Assembly: GCA_038087875.1 (NCBI GenBank)
Contig: JAXLNO010000573.1
Coordinates: forward strand, 1-64,000
Origin: Malacoraja senta
Taxonomy: Eukaryota
Reading direction: 5' to 3'
DNA: 64,000 nucleotides
Shown here one piece after another: positions 12,870 to 25,915 of the stretch; positions within the stretch are counted from its first letter, which is position 1; every line of letters begins with the position of its first letter. Under the pieces are notes generated by a model, which had not been told where the DNA came from, searched no databases, and was given only the letters and a program-made list of their open reading frames with translations. The position numbers and the translations under genes are program-made.

Positions 12870-13250
12870 ACACCTAGTAAAGGGTTGCAAAAGTCCCCCC
12901 ACTCAAGGGTCAGAGTGGTCGAGAGAGTGCTACAGGAGGATGCACATGTGCCTGAAGCAACACCTGTTTGTAGGGTTGCCATTCCTCCCACTTGGTGCAC
13001 CACAGTGGTCGAGATAGTGCTAAAATACATGCACACATGCCTGAGGTGACGCCTAGTAAAGGGTTGCCAAAATTTCTCCCACTCAAATGGCGTAGTGGTC
13101 GAGAGAGTGCTACAGGAGTATGTACATGGGCCTGAAGCAACACCTGTTTGCAGGGCTGCCATTACTCCCACTCAAGATGGTGCTAAAATACATGCACACA
13201 GGCCTGGGGCAGCTCCTGTTGCAGGTTGCATAAGTCCTCCCACGTGGATG
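12870..13250. repeat. ~90 bp tandem units with 180 bp dimer structure inside DIRS copy B cargo (related array at ~22470-22770)
   Basis: AGTGGTCGAGA anchors at 12914, 13004 and 13094. Confidence 0.8.
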
Positions 13251-13468
13251 TATAATAATAATAATAATAATACATTTTATTTATGGGCGCCTTTCAAAAG
13301 TCTCAAGGACACTTTACAAAGTTTAACAAATAGTGTAGAAACATGTAAGCGGAATGAAATAAATAGCAAAGACATCACCAGTACACAAATTAAAGATAGA
13401 ATTCAATCCAAAAACAAAAATCAAAAACACAATATGGAAGAGAGAGCAGCGGCTGCTAAAGCGCGCCA
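13251..13468 (-). mobile_element. 3' fragment of non-autonomous retroposon with L2-like (TTA)n tail
   Basis: Homologous to 55347-55575; flanked by GTGGATG at 13244-13250 and 13469-13475. Confidence 0.8.
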
Positions 13469-16400
13469 GTGGATGAAGATGGAGCCACACACATATGTGA
13501 TAAGATTGTGGGGAATGGAGTCGAACAACATGCTTGGTACAGAGGCATGTACAAGCAAATGGAGGAGATGGATGGTGATACCTGCTTCAGCTTCGATAAG
13601 TCCCACTCTAAAAGAGTGTCCAAGGTTAGTATGGATTAACTGCAAACAGGAATCCAAACATGGCTATGTGCCGGGATCCCATGCTGAATGCATGAGGGTA
13701 AGCAGTGGGTGTTTACCTCTAAAATTGCTGCCCAGTCGCTGATTGCTGATCCATCCAGAGAAATCCAAATTAACACCTGACTATTTGGGTCACAATTGAT
13801 TCAATTAAGTGCTCTGCCCAGGGAAAAAGGGTAGAGCTAATTGACAGCTGTATCAAGCTAATTGAGGCATTAAGGCTACATTCGGGTCATTATAATAGGC
13901 CTATGCAGTTGTCAGTAAAGACTATTCTGATTTGCAATGGTGGATTCACCATGTGTCCAGGAGTTATAGCAAGGTAATGCTTGACCAGCCTTCCATGATT
14001 TTGCAGATGAATGTCAGTGCACTCGGGTGGGGTGTCACGGATACGAGTTTCAACTGTGGAGGCAGATGGACTGAGCAAGAGGCATCGCTTCTGCAGACAT
14101 GGGCAATTAACTATTAAGAGGTTTTTATGCACAAGGCTTATTGCTCTAACAAATGTAATCTGCATGTTCAGTTTCAGAATGACAATACTACGCAAGTGAC
14201 ATATATATTAATCACATCGGTGGAATCAAGTCGGTATTTTGTGACAGATTGGCTAATCAAATTTGGGCCTGGTGCATTGGAAAAGATATTTCAGCTATTT
14301 ATCTATCAGGTAGATTCTACATAGTAACAGACGCCAAGTCACGAAAGTTCCATGACAATATAGATTGAATGTTCAACAAGGAGGTGTTCAATAATATAGT
14401 ACTTGTATATGAATGCCAGATATCGATTTGTTTTGCATCAAGGTCAACCATCAGATGCCTAAATAGGTTTCATGGGAACCAGACCAGGTGGCAGTTGCAA
14501 TTAATACTTTGACATTCAGGTGGTATGTTTTATATATTTTCCTACGATTTTGCCTAATAGGTCGGAGTCTGCAAGAAATCAAGCAGGATGCCGCTTTGGG
14601 GGTGCTTGTAATTCCTAATTGGCCGAATCAAGCATGGTTTCCCATTGATGTTACAGTTGGGGATCCAACCTCTTTTTGGTGGTTCCCAAGCGTAGGAATT
14701 GACTGGAGCATCCGCTAACACGGGAAAGTCATCTGTTATGTGATTGTATTGACTTGTTAATTTGCAGGTTTTAAGAAGGCCATACCTGGAGCAAGGACTG
14801 TCTGGGTTTATGGTGGACATGCTCACTGTAGCCTGCAGAAAGAGTACTCAAAAGGGGTATATTACTTATGTAAAAAAATGGGAGCAATATTGTGTACAAA
14901 ATAATATTGACTATAGTACTGCAGGTATTGTGGATATTTTAGAGTTCCTGTTGACACTCTATGATGATGAGGGGCTCAGTTATAGCACCATTAATACAGC
15001 TTTAAGTGCTTTGTCATCGTATGGTTTGGATGGGGTCAGGAAAGATCCTATTGAGTTTCATCATATCATAGCTGGATTGATGAAGGGAATTTCAACTCTA
15101 AACCTCCTAAACCCAGGTATATGGCGATCTGGGATGTAAGTGAGGTCCTCAAGATGTTTCGACAGTAGGTTCCTGGCATGTCTCTGAATTTGCCAAACTA
15201 ATCATGAAAGTGGTTATGCTCTTGGCATTGGTTCAGTATAGCAAGTGCAGATTTTGACAAAACTTCTGCTAGACAGGATGGAAGTTGCTGAAGAGAATGT
15301 TATGTTATATAATTGCGTACTGCTTAAGCAGAGCAGGCCAGGTGTCACAGGTTTGTTAAAATTGTTTCAGCATAACCTACCGATCCATGTTTATGTGTAA
15401 TGGCACATTTATTTTCATTATATTGAAGCTATTAAGACCTTAATAAATGTGGAAACAGCATTGTTTATTAGTTACATGAAGCCACACAGGAGAGTGTCAG
15501 TGCAGACTATCTCAAGGTGGTTTAAAGCAAATGTTGATTAAGGCAGGTATTAACACTGAAGTGTATATATCCGTTTCCCACTAGTGCAGCAGCAACGTCG
15601 TCGGCTAGGACGATGGATGTTCACAGCGGCCATATTTTATAGGTGCCGGGTGGTCAAATGAATTATTTTTACATTTTTACCATCGGCCGATCGCCGATCG
15701 GAGAGAGGCTGTTTACAAATTTACTATTAAGTCCTGTTTAGTTCCCCTGGGATAGACGGGTTACTGTTTGTTTTGATTATTCAAATCAATTGTTACTGCA
15801 TGATATTACCATTTCATGTTTAACGCATTATTGATTGTTTCTCATCGAAAGTCAATCAATGCAGTGAGGCCGGGATTTGGATCTGCGGCATAAAATCACA
15901 GAGCTTTGAAATCTTCACGTAGTCACTCACGTGACTCCGAAGTAAAATAGTAAGATTAAACGAGAACTTACCAGTTTGAAGTTTGATCTTTATTTTATGA
16001 GGAGTTACGTTGGTGATTACGTGCCTGCCACGCCCAACCCTCTCTCATAAAAAAGGTCATATGGTAGTTCTCATGTTGCTCATCTTAATATGTTACTTCA
16101 AATATTGTGTTGTCTGTGATTTCATACTGCTGCTTTGAAGATTGACGCACATGCGCCCTGACGGGTCTTTTTACGAAATCACCAACGTAACTCCTGATAA
16201 AATAAAGATCAAACTTCAAACTGGTAAGTTCTCGTTTAATCTTACTATTATCAATCACTTAACGCCAACTACTGCGGACTACACTTCACTACTATCCTCA
16301 CTCTTTTCTTCTTTCTCTTTTTTCTTTTCTCTTTTTCAATTATAGGTTAAAGTTTAAAAAAAGAAAAAAAAGAAGTTGTACAAGAAATGTAATAAGTTGC

Positions 16401-17311
16401 ATATGATGATTAAGATGTATGTACATTGCTTCTAATAAAATAAAAAAAATAAAAAAATAAAAAACACACTTGTACTAGAAATCTGAAATATAATCAGAAA
16501 ATGCTGGAAGCATTCAACACGTCAGGTAGCATCTATAGAAGGAGAAACAGACTTTTAATCTTAATGTTTTAAGATTATAACATTTTAATGTTTTAGGTGG
16601 AAGTCCCTTAATCTCTGACAAGCATTAATGCCATGTCATATATATTATATAAATAATAATATATAATAATATATTATTTGATTTATGTTAAAAAGATAGC
16701 ACTTGTAGCAACATAACACTATCAGTCTGAAGAAGGGTCTCGACCTGAAACATCACCCATTCCTTCTATCCCAAAATGTTGCCTGCCCGCTGAGTTTCTC
16801 CAGCTTTCTCTCCGGGCAGATTTAGAAAATGGTTAATAAGGGCATCGAGTATAAAAGCATGGAAGCCCTGCTGAGCTTTTTAAAACATCATCTTGGTCCC
16901 AACTAGAGCATTTCGCTCAATTCCAGTCATGTTATTATAAAAAGGATGTGAAGAGTTTAGAGAATTGTGTTTTTGGAATGAGGAGTTTTTGTAACAAGCT
17001 TCAATTGCCAATAAACTTTTAAGACAAGTGTATTGTGAGCCTTCACAAGGTACAATCTTATCTCCACGGCAAATGTCAGTGCTGGGAATGTTGCGCTGGC
17101 TAATGGCTATGAGGATGCAAGCTGCTGATGAAGTTTCACATTGGAAAGTTATGCACTTCAGTAGGAGGAATAAAAAGGCAGGGGACACAGCTTCACGATT
17201 AGCGGCCAGTCATTTCAAACAGAAGTAGGAAGACATTTCTTCTCGCAGAGGCTGGAGAATTCTCCAGCCCAGAGAGATGTGAAGAGAAGATCATTAGAAA
17301 TATTTAAAGTA

Positions 17312-20300
17312 ATGCCATATATAATTAACCCAACTTACCATATTAGTAGTATTTCTGATCACTCTCCATTGACTTTTTTAGTAAAATTTGAAGGAATGCC
17401 GGGAAAGAATTTTTTTTGGAGGTTTAACACATATATATTAAATGACCTACAGGGTTATCAATATTTGAAACAACAAATGATATCATTTCTTGAGATAAAT
17501 GATACACCAGGTACCTCACCTTCTTTAATATGGGAAACTTTTAAAGCATTTATTAGAGGAATTATAATTTCATATGAAATTTTTCAAAATAAGAAGAATA
17601 AAACTGAACAGATGCTGTTAGAACAAGAAATAAGACAGTTAGAGTTAGATAATGCTAAAGATCCCACTATAGATAAACATAATAAGATAATACTACTGAA
17701 ATTTAAACTTAACCGAATTCTCTCGGCAAGAGTAATAAGATTATTCCAAATTACAAAACAGGAACATTTTGAGCTTGGTGACAAACCACATAAGCTGTTT
17801 GCGCGTCAATTGAAAAAACAGGAAAAGGAAAATACTATAAATAAAATTAAATCTGAGAATGGTGAATTACTAACACTACCTAAAGATATCAATAAAAGAT
17901 TTGTTCAATTTTATCAGAATTTATACACATCAAAAACCAAAACAGAAGATAGTAAAATTACAAATTTTTTAGATAAATGTAATCTACCAAAACTTGACCT
18001 TTTGGAACAAGAAGAACTAGGAGCGCAAATTACAATCGAAGAAATAGGTGAAACAATAAAATTGCTGAAAAATGGTAAGACACCGGGACCAGATGGTTTT
18101 AGTAATGAATTTTATAAAAAGTTTCATGAGATAACGACCCCCTATCTATTTAATTTATATACTCATGTTTTTAAAGAAAATAAATTACCTGAAACATTAG
18201 CAGAATCAACTATTACGCTTATTCCAAAGAAAGATAAAGATCTAGAGGAACCGGGTTCATATAGAGCTATATCACTTTTAAATACCGACCAGAAAATTCT
18301 AGCAAAGACCTTAGCTAGAAGACTAAGCAAATATATTAGTAAATTGATAAACCCTGATCAAACGGGGTTTATACCCAAAAGATATTCATTTAATAATTTG
18401 AGACGCCTGTTTAATATAATGTACTCACATAAAAAGGAAGAAAAAGACTTAGCAATTATTTCTTTGGACGCAGAGAAAGCATTTGATCAGGTAGAATGGC
18501 AGTATTTATACATAGTATTACAAAAATTTAATATGGGAGAGAATTTTATTGCATGGGTGAAATTATTATATGATAAACCGATGGCAAGAATATTAACTAA
18601 CAGCATGTTATCTCAAAAATTTCAATTATCAAGGGGTAATAGGCAGGGATGTGCTTTATCACCCCTGCTATTTGCCCTTATGATAGAACCTCTGGCTGAA
18701 AGTATAAGAAGCCATCCGAATATAATACTAGGGACTCAAATAATAAAATTTCATTGTATGCAGACGATATTTTGTTATATATAACAAATTCACAAACGAG
18801 TATACCGAATTTATTAAATTTAATAGAGGAATTTGGGTCCTTTTCAGGATATAGAATAAATTGGAACAAAAGTGAAATTATGACGTTAAAACCTCAAGAA
18901 TCCACACACTTATTGAAATTCCCCTTTAAAATAGCAACAGAAAAATTCAAATATCTGGGTATACAGATTACTAGAAAACATAAAGCTTTATTCAATGCTA
19001 ATTTTATACCCTTAATAAATAAACTTAATATAATGATAAAATTTTGGAACACACTCCCTTTATCATTAATAGGCAGAATAAATGCTATTAAAATGAGCTT
19101 CTTACTACAGTTATTATACTTATTTCAATCTATACCAGTATATGTACCAAAATATTTCTTCTCTAAACTGAATGCTAATATTACTAATTTTGTTTGGGAT
19201 TACAAATCACATAGAATTAAAAAAGAACACTTATGTAAACCAAAAGATGTCGGGGGACTTTCACTCCCTAATTTTCTGTATTACTATTGGGCAATACATA
19301 TTAAGAATATAATTTACTGGTTGGATAGTTCAACTCAACAGACAGAATGGATAAAAATGGAGAAAGAGGATTGTTATCCTTGTAATATAGGAACAATCCT
19401 CTTCTCCCCGAAAAAAATGAACAATACAATATATAAGAAAAACCCAATTATACAAGATACAATAAGAATATGGAAACAAATAAAACTATCCTTAAAATTA
19501 AGAAACCTATCATTGTTAACACCGATAGCAAATAATCCTTTATTTAAACCATCTATGATGGATAAAATATATAATCAATGGGAAAGTTTAGGAATTAAAA
19601 GGATCGGGGATATGTATGAAATGGGAGATTTATTATCATTTCAACAATTACAATTAAAATTTAAACTGAAAAACACTCATTATTTTAAATATTTTCAGAT
19701 TTGTAATTTTTTGAAGACATACATACAGGGATATCAAAAAATAACTCCTGATTTACTAGAAGAAGTAATGAATATAAAAGCTGATACACAAAAATTAATA
19801 GCATATTTATATAATAGTATCTTAAATATAGATTTACCTGTGACCGAGGTAATTAGAGAAGAGTGGGAACGGGAATTATTGATAAAAATTACGAAGGCTA
19901 CATGGGAAAAGTATTTGACATACATTCACAAGTGTTCGATTAACGCAAGACATAATCTAATCCAATTTAAAATTTTACATAGATTATATTACTCAAAAAC
20001 AAGATTAAATAAATTTTATCCAAATATATCGCCCATTTGGGATAAATGTTTAATCCAAGAAGCAACTATAACACACTCTTTTGTTTCTTGTATAAAACTT
20101 CATGGATTTTGGAGTGATATTTTCAAAATATTTACAAAATTATTTAAGGCAAAAATGGAACCCAATAATGAATTGATTATATTTGGGGTAATGGAAGACG
20201 GGAACAAATTGAGCTCATCTCAAAAGTCAATTTTTAATTATGGTTTAATAATAGCAAAAAAATTAATATTGAAATTTTGGAAAAATACACCAATACCAAC

Positions 20301-20766
20301 GCTCAAAATGTGGATTGCAAGTATGTTGGATACCGCACATCTTGAGGAAATGCGATTCCTCCTAATAGATAAATTTGACCAATTCATAACGAGTTGGTCT
20401 CCATTTGTCGTCTTTTTGGAAACGTATGGTGCAAAACAGGTGTAAAAGCTAATCCGTGACTGCGGATGGTCAAGATTATAAATGATCTCCTTCTATTTTC
20501 TTTTCTTCTCTTCTTTTCATTTATTCTCTTTCTTCTATTTTCTATGTCTCAACTTTCTTATTTCATTCTTTATTTTTCTTTTTCACACACTATATATCTC
20601 ACATTTTTCTATTTTTCATTATCTAACTTTTTTCCTTTTCTTCTTTATTTTAAAAAAAAATTTAAATAAGAAGCTGTACATAAAAGGTATTATGAAAATA
20701 TGATTGTATACAATTGTACTTACTTCTAATAAAATAAAAATATTTTAAAAAAAAGAAAAAAAAAAA
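17312..20766 (+). mobile_element. L1-clade LINE (L1-b), 5'-truncated in the endonuclease; ORF2 with one frameshift near 18720-18760
   Basis: SDH, KTPGPDGF, YRAISLLNTDQKILAK, SLDAEKAFD, RQGCALSPLLF, YADD, C-terminal Cys domain, poly(A). 16 bp TSD AGAAATATTTAAAGTA at 17296-17311 and 20767-20782; empty site at 9505-9520. Confidence 0.96.
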
Positions 20767-23484
20767 AGAAATATTTAAAGTAGAGAGATAAACTGTTAAA
20801 AGGTAGGTGTCTGCGGGCCATGGGAATATGCCACAAAGAAGAAGTTGACACCTGGGATAGATCAGCCATGATCACATTGAAAAATGTGGCAGACTTGGGA
20901 GAACAGGTCGCTTACTCCTGTTTTTATTTTTGTGTGTTCTTGTGTGCACCCTTCCCCTCCTACCCCAGCATTTACATAACACATCCAAACTAATTTTACT
21001 TCGGAGTCACGTGAGTGACTACGTGAAGAAGGCCGTCAACCTGCATGCGCGACATTACGTCTACCGCATTGCTCAACGACTGGCTGGCGGCACGTCGCTC
21101 CTCCAGTGGTAAGTTTCAAATCCTACAGGTAAGTTTCGAACTTACTTTTCAGGTTGTCCTTTTGTTGCAGGAATCTTTCTTCTCAGTTTTCCTGCTGGAC
21201 ATAATAATACGCGGTGAAACCCGGACGGACCGCGGGGAAACCAATTATGGACCGCGGGGATGCCGGCTACGAACCGCGGAAGTGCAGGTAGCGGGTGGCC
21301 GTCGGGCTTGCTGCCTGAGTCGCTGACAGTGCGGTCAGCGACTTCCGAGGGTTTTTTAAAGGCAACCATACGGAGTCGGCGAGGCCTGGGCTGGACGAGC
21401 CCGGCCAGGAGGGTACGTCCACGGACGTTTAACCCATCCTGATATGGTCCATGAAACAGGACCACACCAGCGCAGGTCCACAGGGGCCTACGACAGCGCC
21501 TGTGCACAGGGCTGCTCACTAATCCCCCTCTCTGTGGAGAGGAGTACGAAGGGTCAGTGTGTGACTGACTCCTACCCCGGAAGTATGTCCATGGGACATA
21601 CTGCAATTCATCAGTAAGGTTCCAGAATACCCGGGGGGGGGGGGGCAGAGTACCCCTCACGTTACTAGATAAACACCCCACGCCTCCATTGGCAGTAGCA
21701 GGTATAGTGTATTCTTTTTTTTAAAGTATGGCTATACAGGGTGGGCACCATTATGCTGGTATTCTCTGACTAATTTATCAGTTCAGGGGTTTGTTCATGG
21801 TATCATAATATGTATCATCATGCCAATTTAGTTGTGTTAATAGAGAGAAATTACAAGCTATTTTATTTATCACTTACACCAATAAATTGTGTAGTGGAAT
21901 CGGACCTGCCATGGCGTTATAGATCTCTGGCTTGGATAGCCTTGTTGAGCAATACCTATCAGTCACCTGTGCGAGCACGCATGGTGGGGTCATGGTAATT
22001 CCGCTCATTAAAGGGACTGTGGAAGATTCTTCCCCCAGACGCCGACTTTATTCATATCAATAAAGTGATCAAATCTCTGATTTAACTGGGATGGGTGTCT
22101 TCATTCATGTAAATGCCCTCGCCCATGACAAATAACTGGCAGTTTTTTTCCAGCATTTCTCTCTCTATGTCTGGCGTACGGGGGCCAGAGGCGCTCCAGT
22201 CCTTCCCTGTAGACTGCATCGACATCGGAAAGGAGCAGGAATCAGAGTCACTAGTACGTGCAACCTATTTACTAGTACGTGCAGCCTATTTGGTAAATGA
22301 AGATACCAACAGAGCATCGATTTGCACTGCTAGTCCTGGTGGCTGCTGAAGGAAGCAACCTGACAACCCCAACTCAGAGTGAGTGCCAAGTCTTGGGCAT
22401 CTATGTCAGACAAAATTGCAACTCGTCGCAGTCAAAGAACGCTCCATCCTAAGGCATGTTAGGCAGCAGCTCCTGGTTCAGGGTTGCAAATTTCCTCCCA
22501 CTCAAATGAGCAGAGTGGTAGAGGGTGCTACAGAAGAGTGCACATGTGCCTGAAGCGACACCTGGTTCAGGGTTGCAATTCCTCCCACTCGGTTGAACGC
22601 AGTGGTGGAGATGGTGCTAAAATACATGCGCACATGCCTGAGGCAGCTCCTGGTTCAGGTTGCATAAGTCCTCCCATTCAGATGTATGAAGGATGAAGAT
22701 GGTCGAGGCAGCTCCTGGTTCAGATTGCATAAGTCCTCCCATTCATATGGGTGAAGATGGAGCCATATATATTATGCCTCAATCACGGATGCATACAGGC
22801 AGTTCAAGTCACATGCCTGCAGCTGCCTTGGTTCAAGGTTTGCTTTACCTCCCATCCAAAAGACTATGGGAGATGGTGTCGCAAAACATGCTTGGTACAG
22901 AAGCATGCACAGACAATGTGAGGATATGGATGGTACACCTGGTTCAGGTGCAATTACTCCCACTCTAAAAGAGTGTCAAAGGTTAGTATGGATTACCTCC
23001 AAACAGGAACCCGAATATGACTGTGCCGGGATCCCATGCTTAATGCATAATGTACAACAATCGCATGAGGGAAAGCGGTGTGCTTTGCCTCTAAAATTGC
23101 TGCTCCGTCGGGGACGGAATAGCCACTACAAGAGAAGTTGGCGCAGCATCAGCGATCTAATGGAAATGACAAACATGTGGACAGAGTCTGCGAATGAAAC
23201 TTCGCTGAAACTCCAGCAAATGTAAGGAACCTGGAGTTAGAGACACTGGTAAGTAGGTCTTGTTATTTACCTCCCTGAACTAAACCCAAAAAGGTAATAT
23301 CGATTTGTTCACAGCTCAACTCAATCACCAGTTACCTAAGTGTGTAGACCCAGGGGCAGTAGCGGTAGATGCATTCTCGCTATGCTAGGGAAGAATGTCT
23401 TTTATACGTTCCACTTTGCCTCATCAGTCACTGCTTGCTAAAAACCAGCAAGACTCCGCCAAGCATTTTGCTTGGTGGAGTCTT

Positions 23485-25915
23485 CCGGCCCCAACCCCCA
23501 TCCCTTCCGGCCCCAACCGCCATCCTCCGGCCCCAACCCCCATCCCTGCCGGGTGTTCACCATCCCCCCCCGACCTCCCCCTCTCCGACATCGAACGGTC
23601 TGTCCTCAGCAGAGGTCTTACCTTTGTCCCCCTCCGTCCCCACCTCAATGAGTTCCGTGCCCTCCATGACTTGGAACGCTTCTACCGTCGCCTCCGCCTC
23701 ACAGCTCATTTCCATGGGAAGGAGTCCTCGCTCCCCACTGATGACCCCTTTTCCCGTCTCCAACGCACCCCCTCCTCGTGGAACCCCCCTCGTAGCCTTC
23801 CGGCTTTAGAACTCTTCATTCAAAACTGCCGCCGTGACATCAACCGCCTCAACTTCTCCACTCCCCTGTCTCACTCCAATCTCTCCCCCCCCTGAATGCA
23901 CTGTCATCGACTCACTCCGCAACAACCTAGATTGGGTTATCAAACCCGCCGACAAGGGAGGTGCCGTGGTAGTCTGGCGCGTCGATCTCTACAAAGCTGA
24001 GGCCACGCGCCAACTCTCGGACACCTCCTCCTACTTACCCCTGGACCATGACCCCACTGACGAGCACCAGGACACCATCTCCAGCACCATCACCGACTTC
24101 ATCCACTCCCACGCCCTGCCCGACCGAGCCTCCAACCTCATCGTTCCCCAGCCCCGCACAGCCCGCTTTTACCTTCTCCCCAAAATCCACAAACCTGACT
24201 GTCCCGGTAGACCTATTGTCTCTGCCTGTTCATGCCCCACCGAACTCATCTCCACCTACCTCGACTCCATCCTATCCCCCTTGGTTAAATCCCTCACCCC
24301 CTCATCTTCACCAAGGATGTCCAGTCATTGTACACCTCCATCCCCCACCAGGATGGTCTCGAAGCCCTCCGTTTTTTCCTCGACCGTAGAAGCAACCTAT
24401 ACCCGGCACTGACACCCTCCTCCGCCTAGCGGAGCTGGTCCTTACACTTAATAACTTTTCATTTGACTCCTCCCATTTCCTCCAAATACAAGGCGTAGCT
24501 ATGGGCACACGCATGGGCCCCAGCTACGCCTGCCTCTTTGTCGGGTACGTAGAACAATCCTTGTTCAATGCGTACCAGGGCCCCATCCCCGACCTCTACC
24601 TCCGCTACATCGATGATTGTTTTGGTGCCACATCCTGCACCCACACACAACTGACTGACTTCATCCGCTTCACCACCAACTTCCATCCGGCACTCAAATA
24701 CACCTGGACCATTTCCGACACTTCCCTACCATTCCTTGACCTCACTATCTCCATCGAAGGTGATAGACTCCTTACCGACATCTACTACAAACCCACGGAC
24801 TCCCATGGCTATCTGGACTACACTTCTTCCCACCCTGCTTCCTGTAAGGACTCCATCCCCCACTCCCAATTCCTCCGTCTACGCCGCATCTGCTCCCAGG
24901 ATGAGGCGTTCCACACCAGGGCATCTGAAATGTCCTCATTCTTCAGGGAACGGGGGTTCCCCTCCTCCACCATAGATGAGGCTCGCACCAGGGTCTCTGC
25001 CATACCCCGCAACACTGCTCTCTCTCCCCATCCCCCCCACTCACAACAAGGGCAGAGTCCCCCTAGTCCTCACCTTTCACCCCACCAGCCGTCACATACA
25101 ACAAGTGATCCTCCGTCAGTTTCGCCACCTCCAACGTGACCCCACCACTCGCCACATCTTCCTATCTCCCCCCATGTCTGCCTTCCGCAAAGACCGCTCC
25201 CTCCGTAACTCCCTTGTCAATTCTTCCCTTCCCTCCCATACCACCCCCTCCCCTGGTACTTTCCCTTGCAACCACAAGAGATGCAACACTTGTCCCTTCA
25301 CCTCCCCCCTCGACTCCATTCAAGGACCCAAGCAGTCGTTCCAGGTGCGACAGAGGTTCACCTGCATCTCCTCCAACCTCATCTATTGCATCCGCTGCTC
25401 TAGATGCCAGCTGATCTACATCGGTGAGACCAAGCGGAGGCTTGGCGATCGTTTCGCCGAACACCTCCGGTCGGTCCGCAATAACCAACTTGACCTCCCG
25501 GTGGCTCAGCACTTCAACTCCCCCTCCCATTCCGTATCTGACCTCTCTGTCCTGGGTCTCCTCCATGGCCACAGCGAGCAACACCGTAAATTGGAGGAAA
25601 TGCACCTCATATTCCGCTTGGGCAGTCTACATCCTGGGGGCTTGAACATTGAATTCTCCCAATTCTGCTAGCCCTTGCTGTCCCCTCCCCTTCATCAGCC
25701 CTCTGGTTGTCTCCTCCCCTCCCCCAGCCCTCAGGCTCCTCCTCCGCCTTTTTCTTTTTTTCCTTTCTTCTCCCCACCCCCTATCAGTCTGAAGAAGGGT
25801 TTCGGCCTGAAACGTTGCCTATTTCCTTCGCTCCATAGATGCTGCTGCACCCGCTGAGTTTCTCCAGCATTTTTGTGTACCTTCGATTTTCCAGCATCTG
25901 CAGTTCCTTCTTTAA
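23485..25915 (+). mobile_element. Penelope-like retroelement (Neptune-like), frameshifted RT + GIY-YIG endonuclease, 3' terminal repeat with hammerhead motif
   Basis: KPADKGGAVVVW, FYLLPKIHK, PGRPIVS, MGPSYACLF, RYIDD, LPFLD, Cys-rich linker CNHKRCNTC, IYCIRC...IYIGETKR. Possible TSD CATTTTG at 23464-23470 and 25916-25922. Confidence 0.93.

Larger units (their letters stand above)
11322..16249 (+). mobile_element. DIRS1-type tyrosine-recombinase retroelement, copy B (coding-dead, first ~13 bp missing)
   Basis: Left ITR at 11322; ICR 15913-16023 complementary to both termini. Remnants of RT C-terminus (IHPEKSKLTP ~13750), RNase H (LQMNVSALGWG ~14000), methyltransferase-like domain (LVIPNWPNQAWFP ~14610) and YR N-terminus (LSYSTINTALSALS). 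Confidence 0.9.
9961..16466 (+). mobile_element. 5'-truncated L1-clade LINE (L1-a): 9961-11321 and 16250-16466, split in its 3' UTR by DIRS copy B
   Basis: ORF2 C-terminal peptides (ORFs 9951 and 10483; CDKC...H...C). The UTR resumes at 16250 and ends in AATAAA plus an A tail. Confidence 0.88.

Noticed and set aside
17279..17311. Start of the 501 aa ORF as a real initiation site
   Set aside because: The first 11 codons are target DNA upstream of the truncated L1, fortuitously in frame.
23424..25605. Multiple minus-strand and alternate-frame ORFs
   Set aside because: Shadows of the C-rich Penelope-like ORF.
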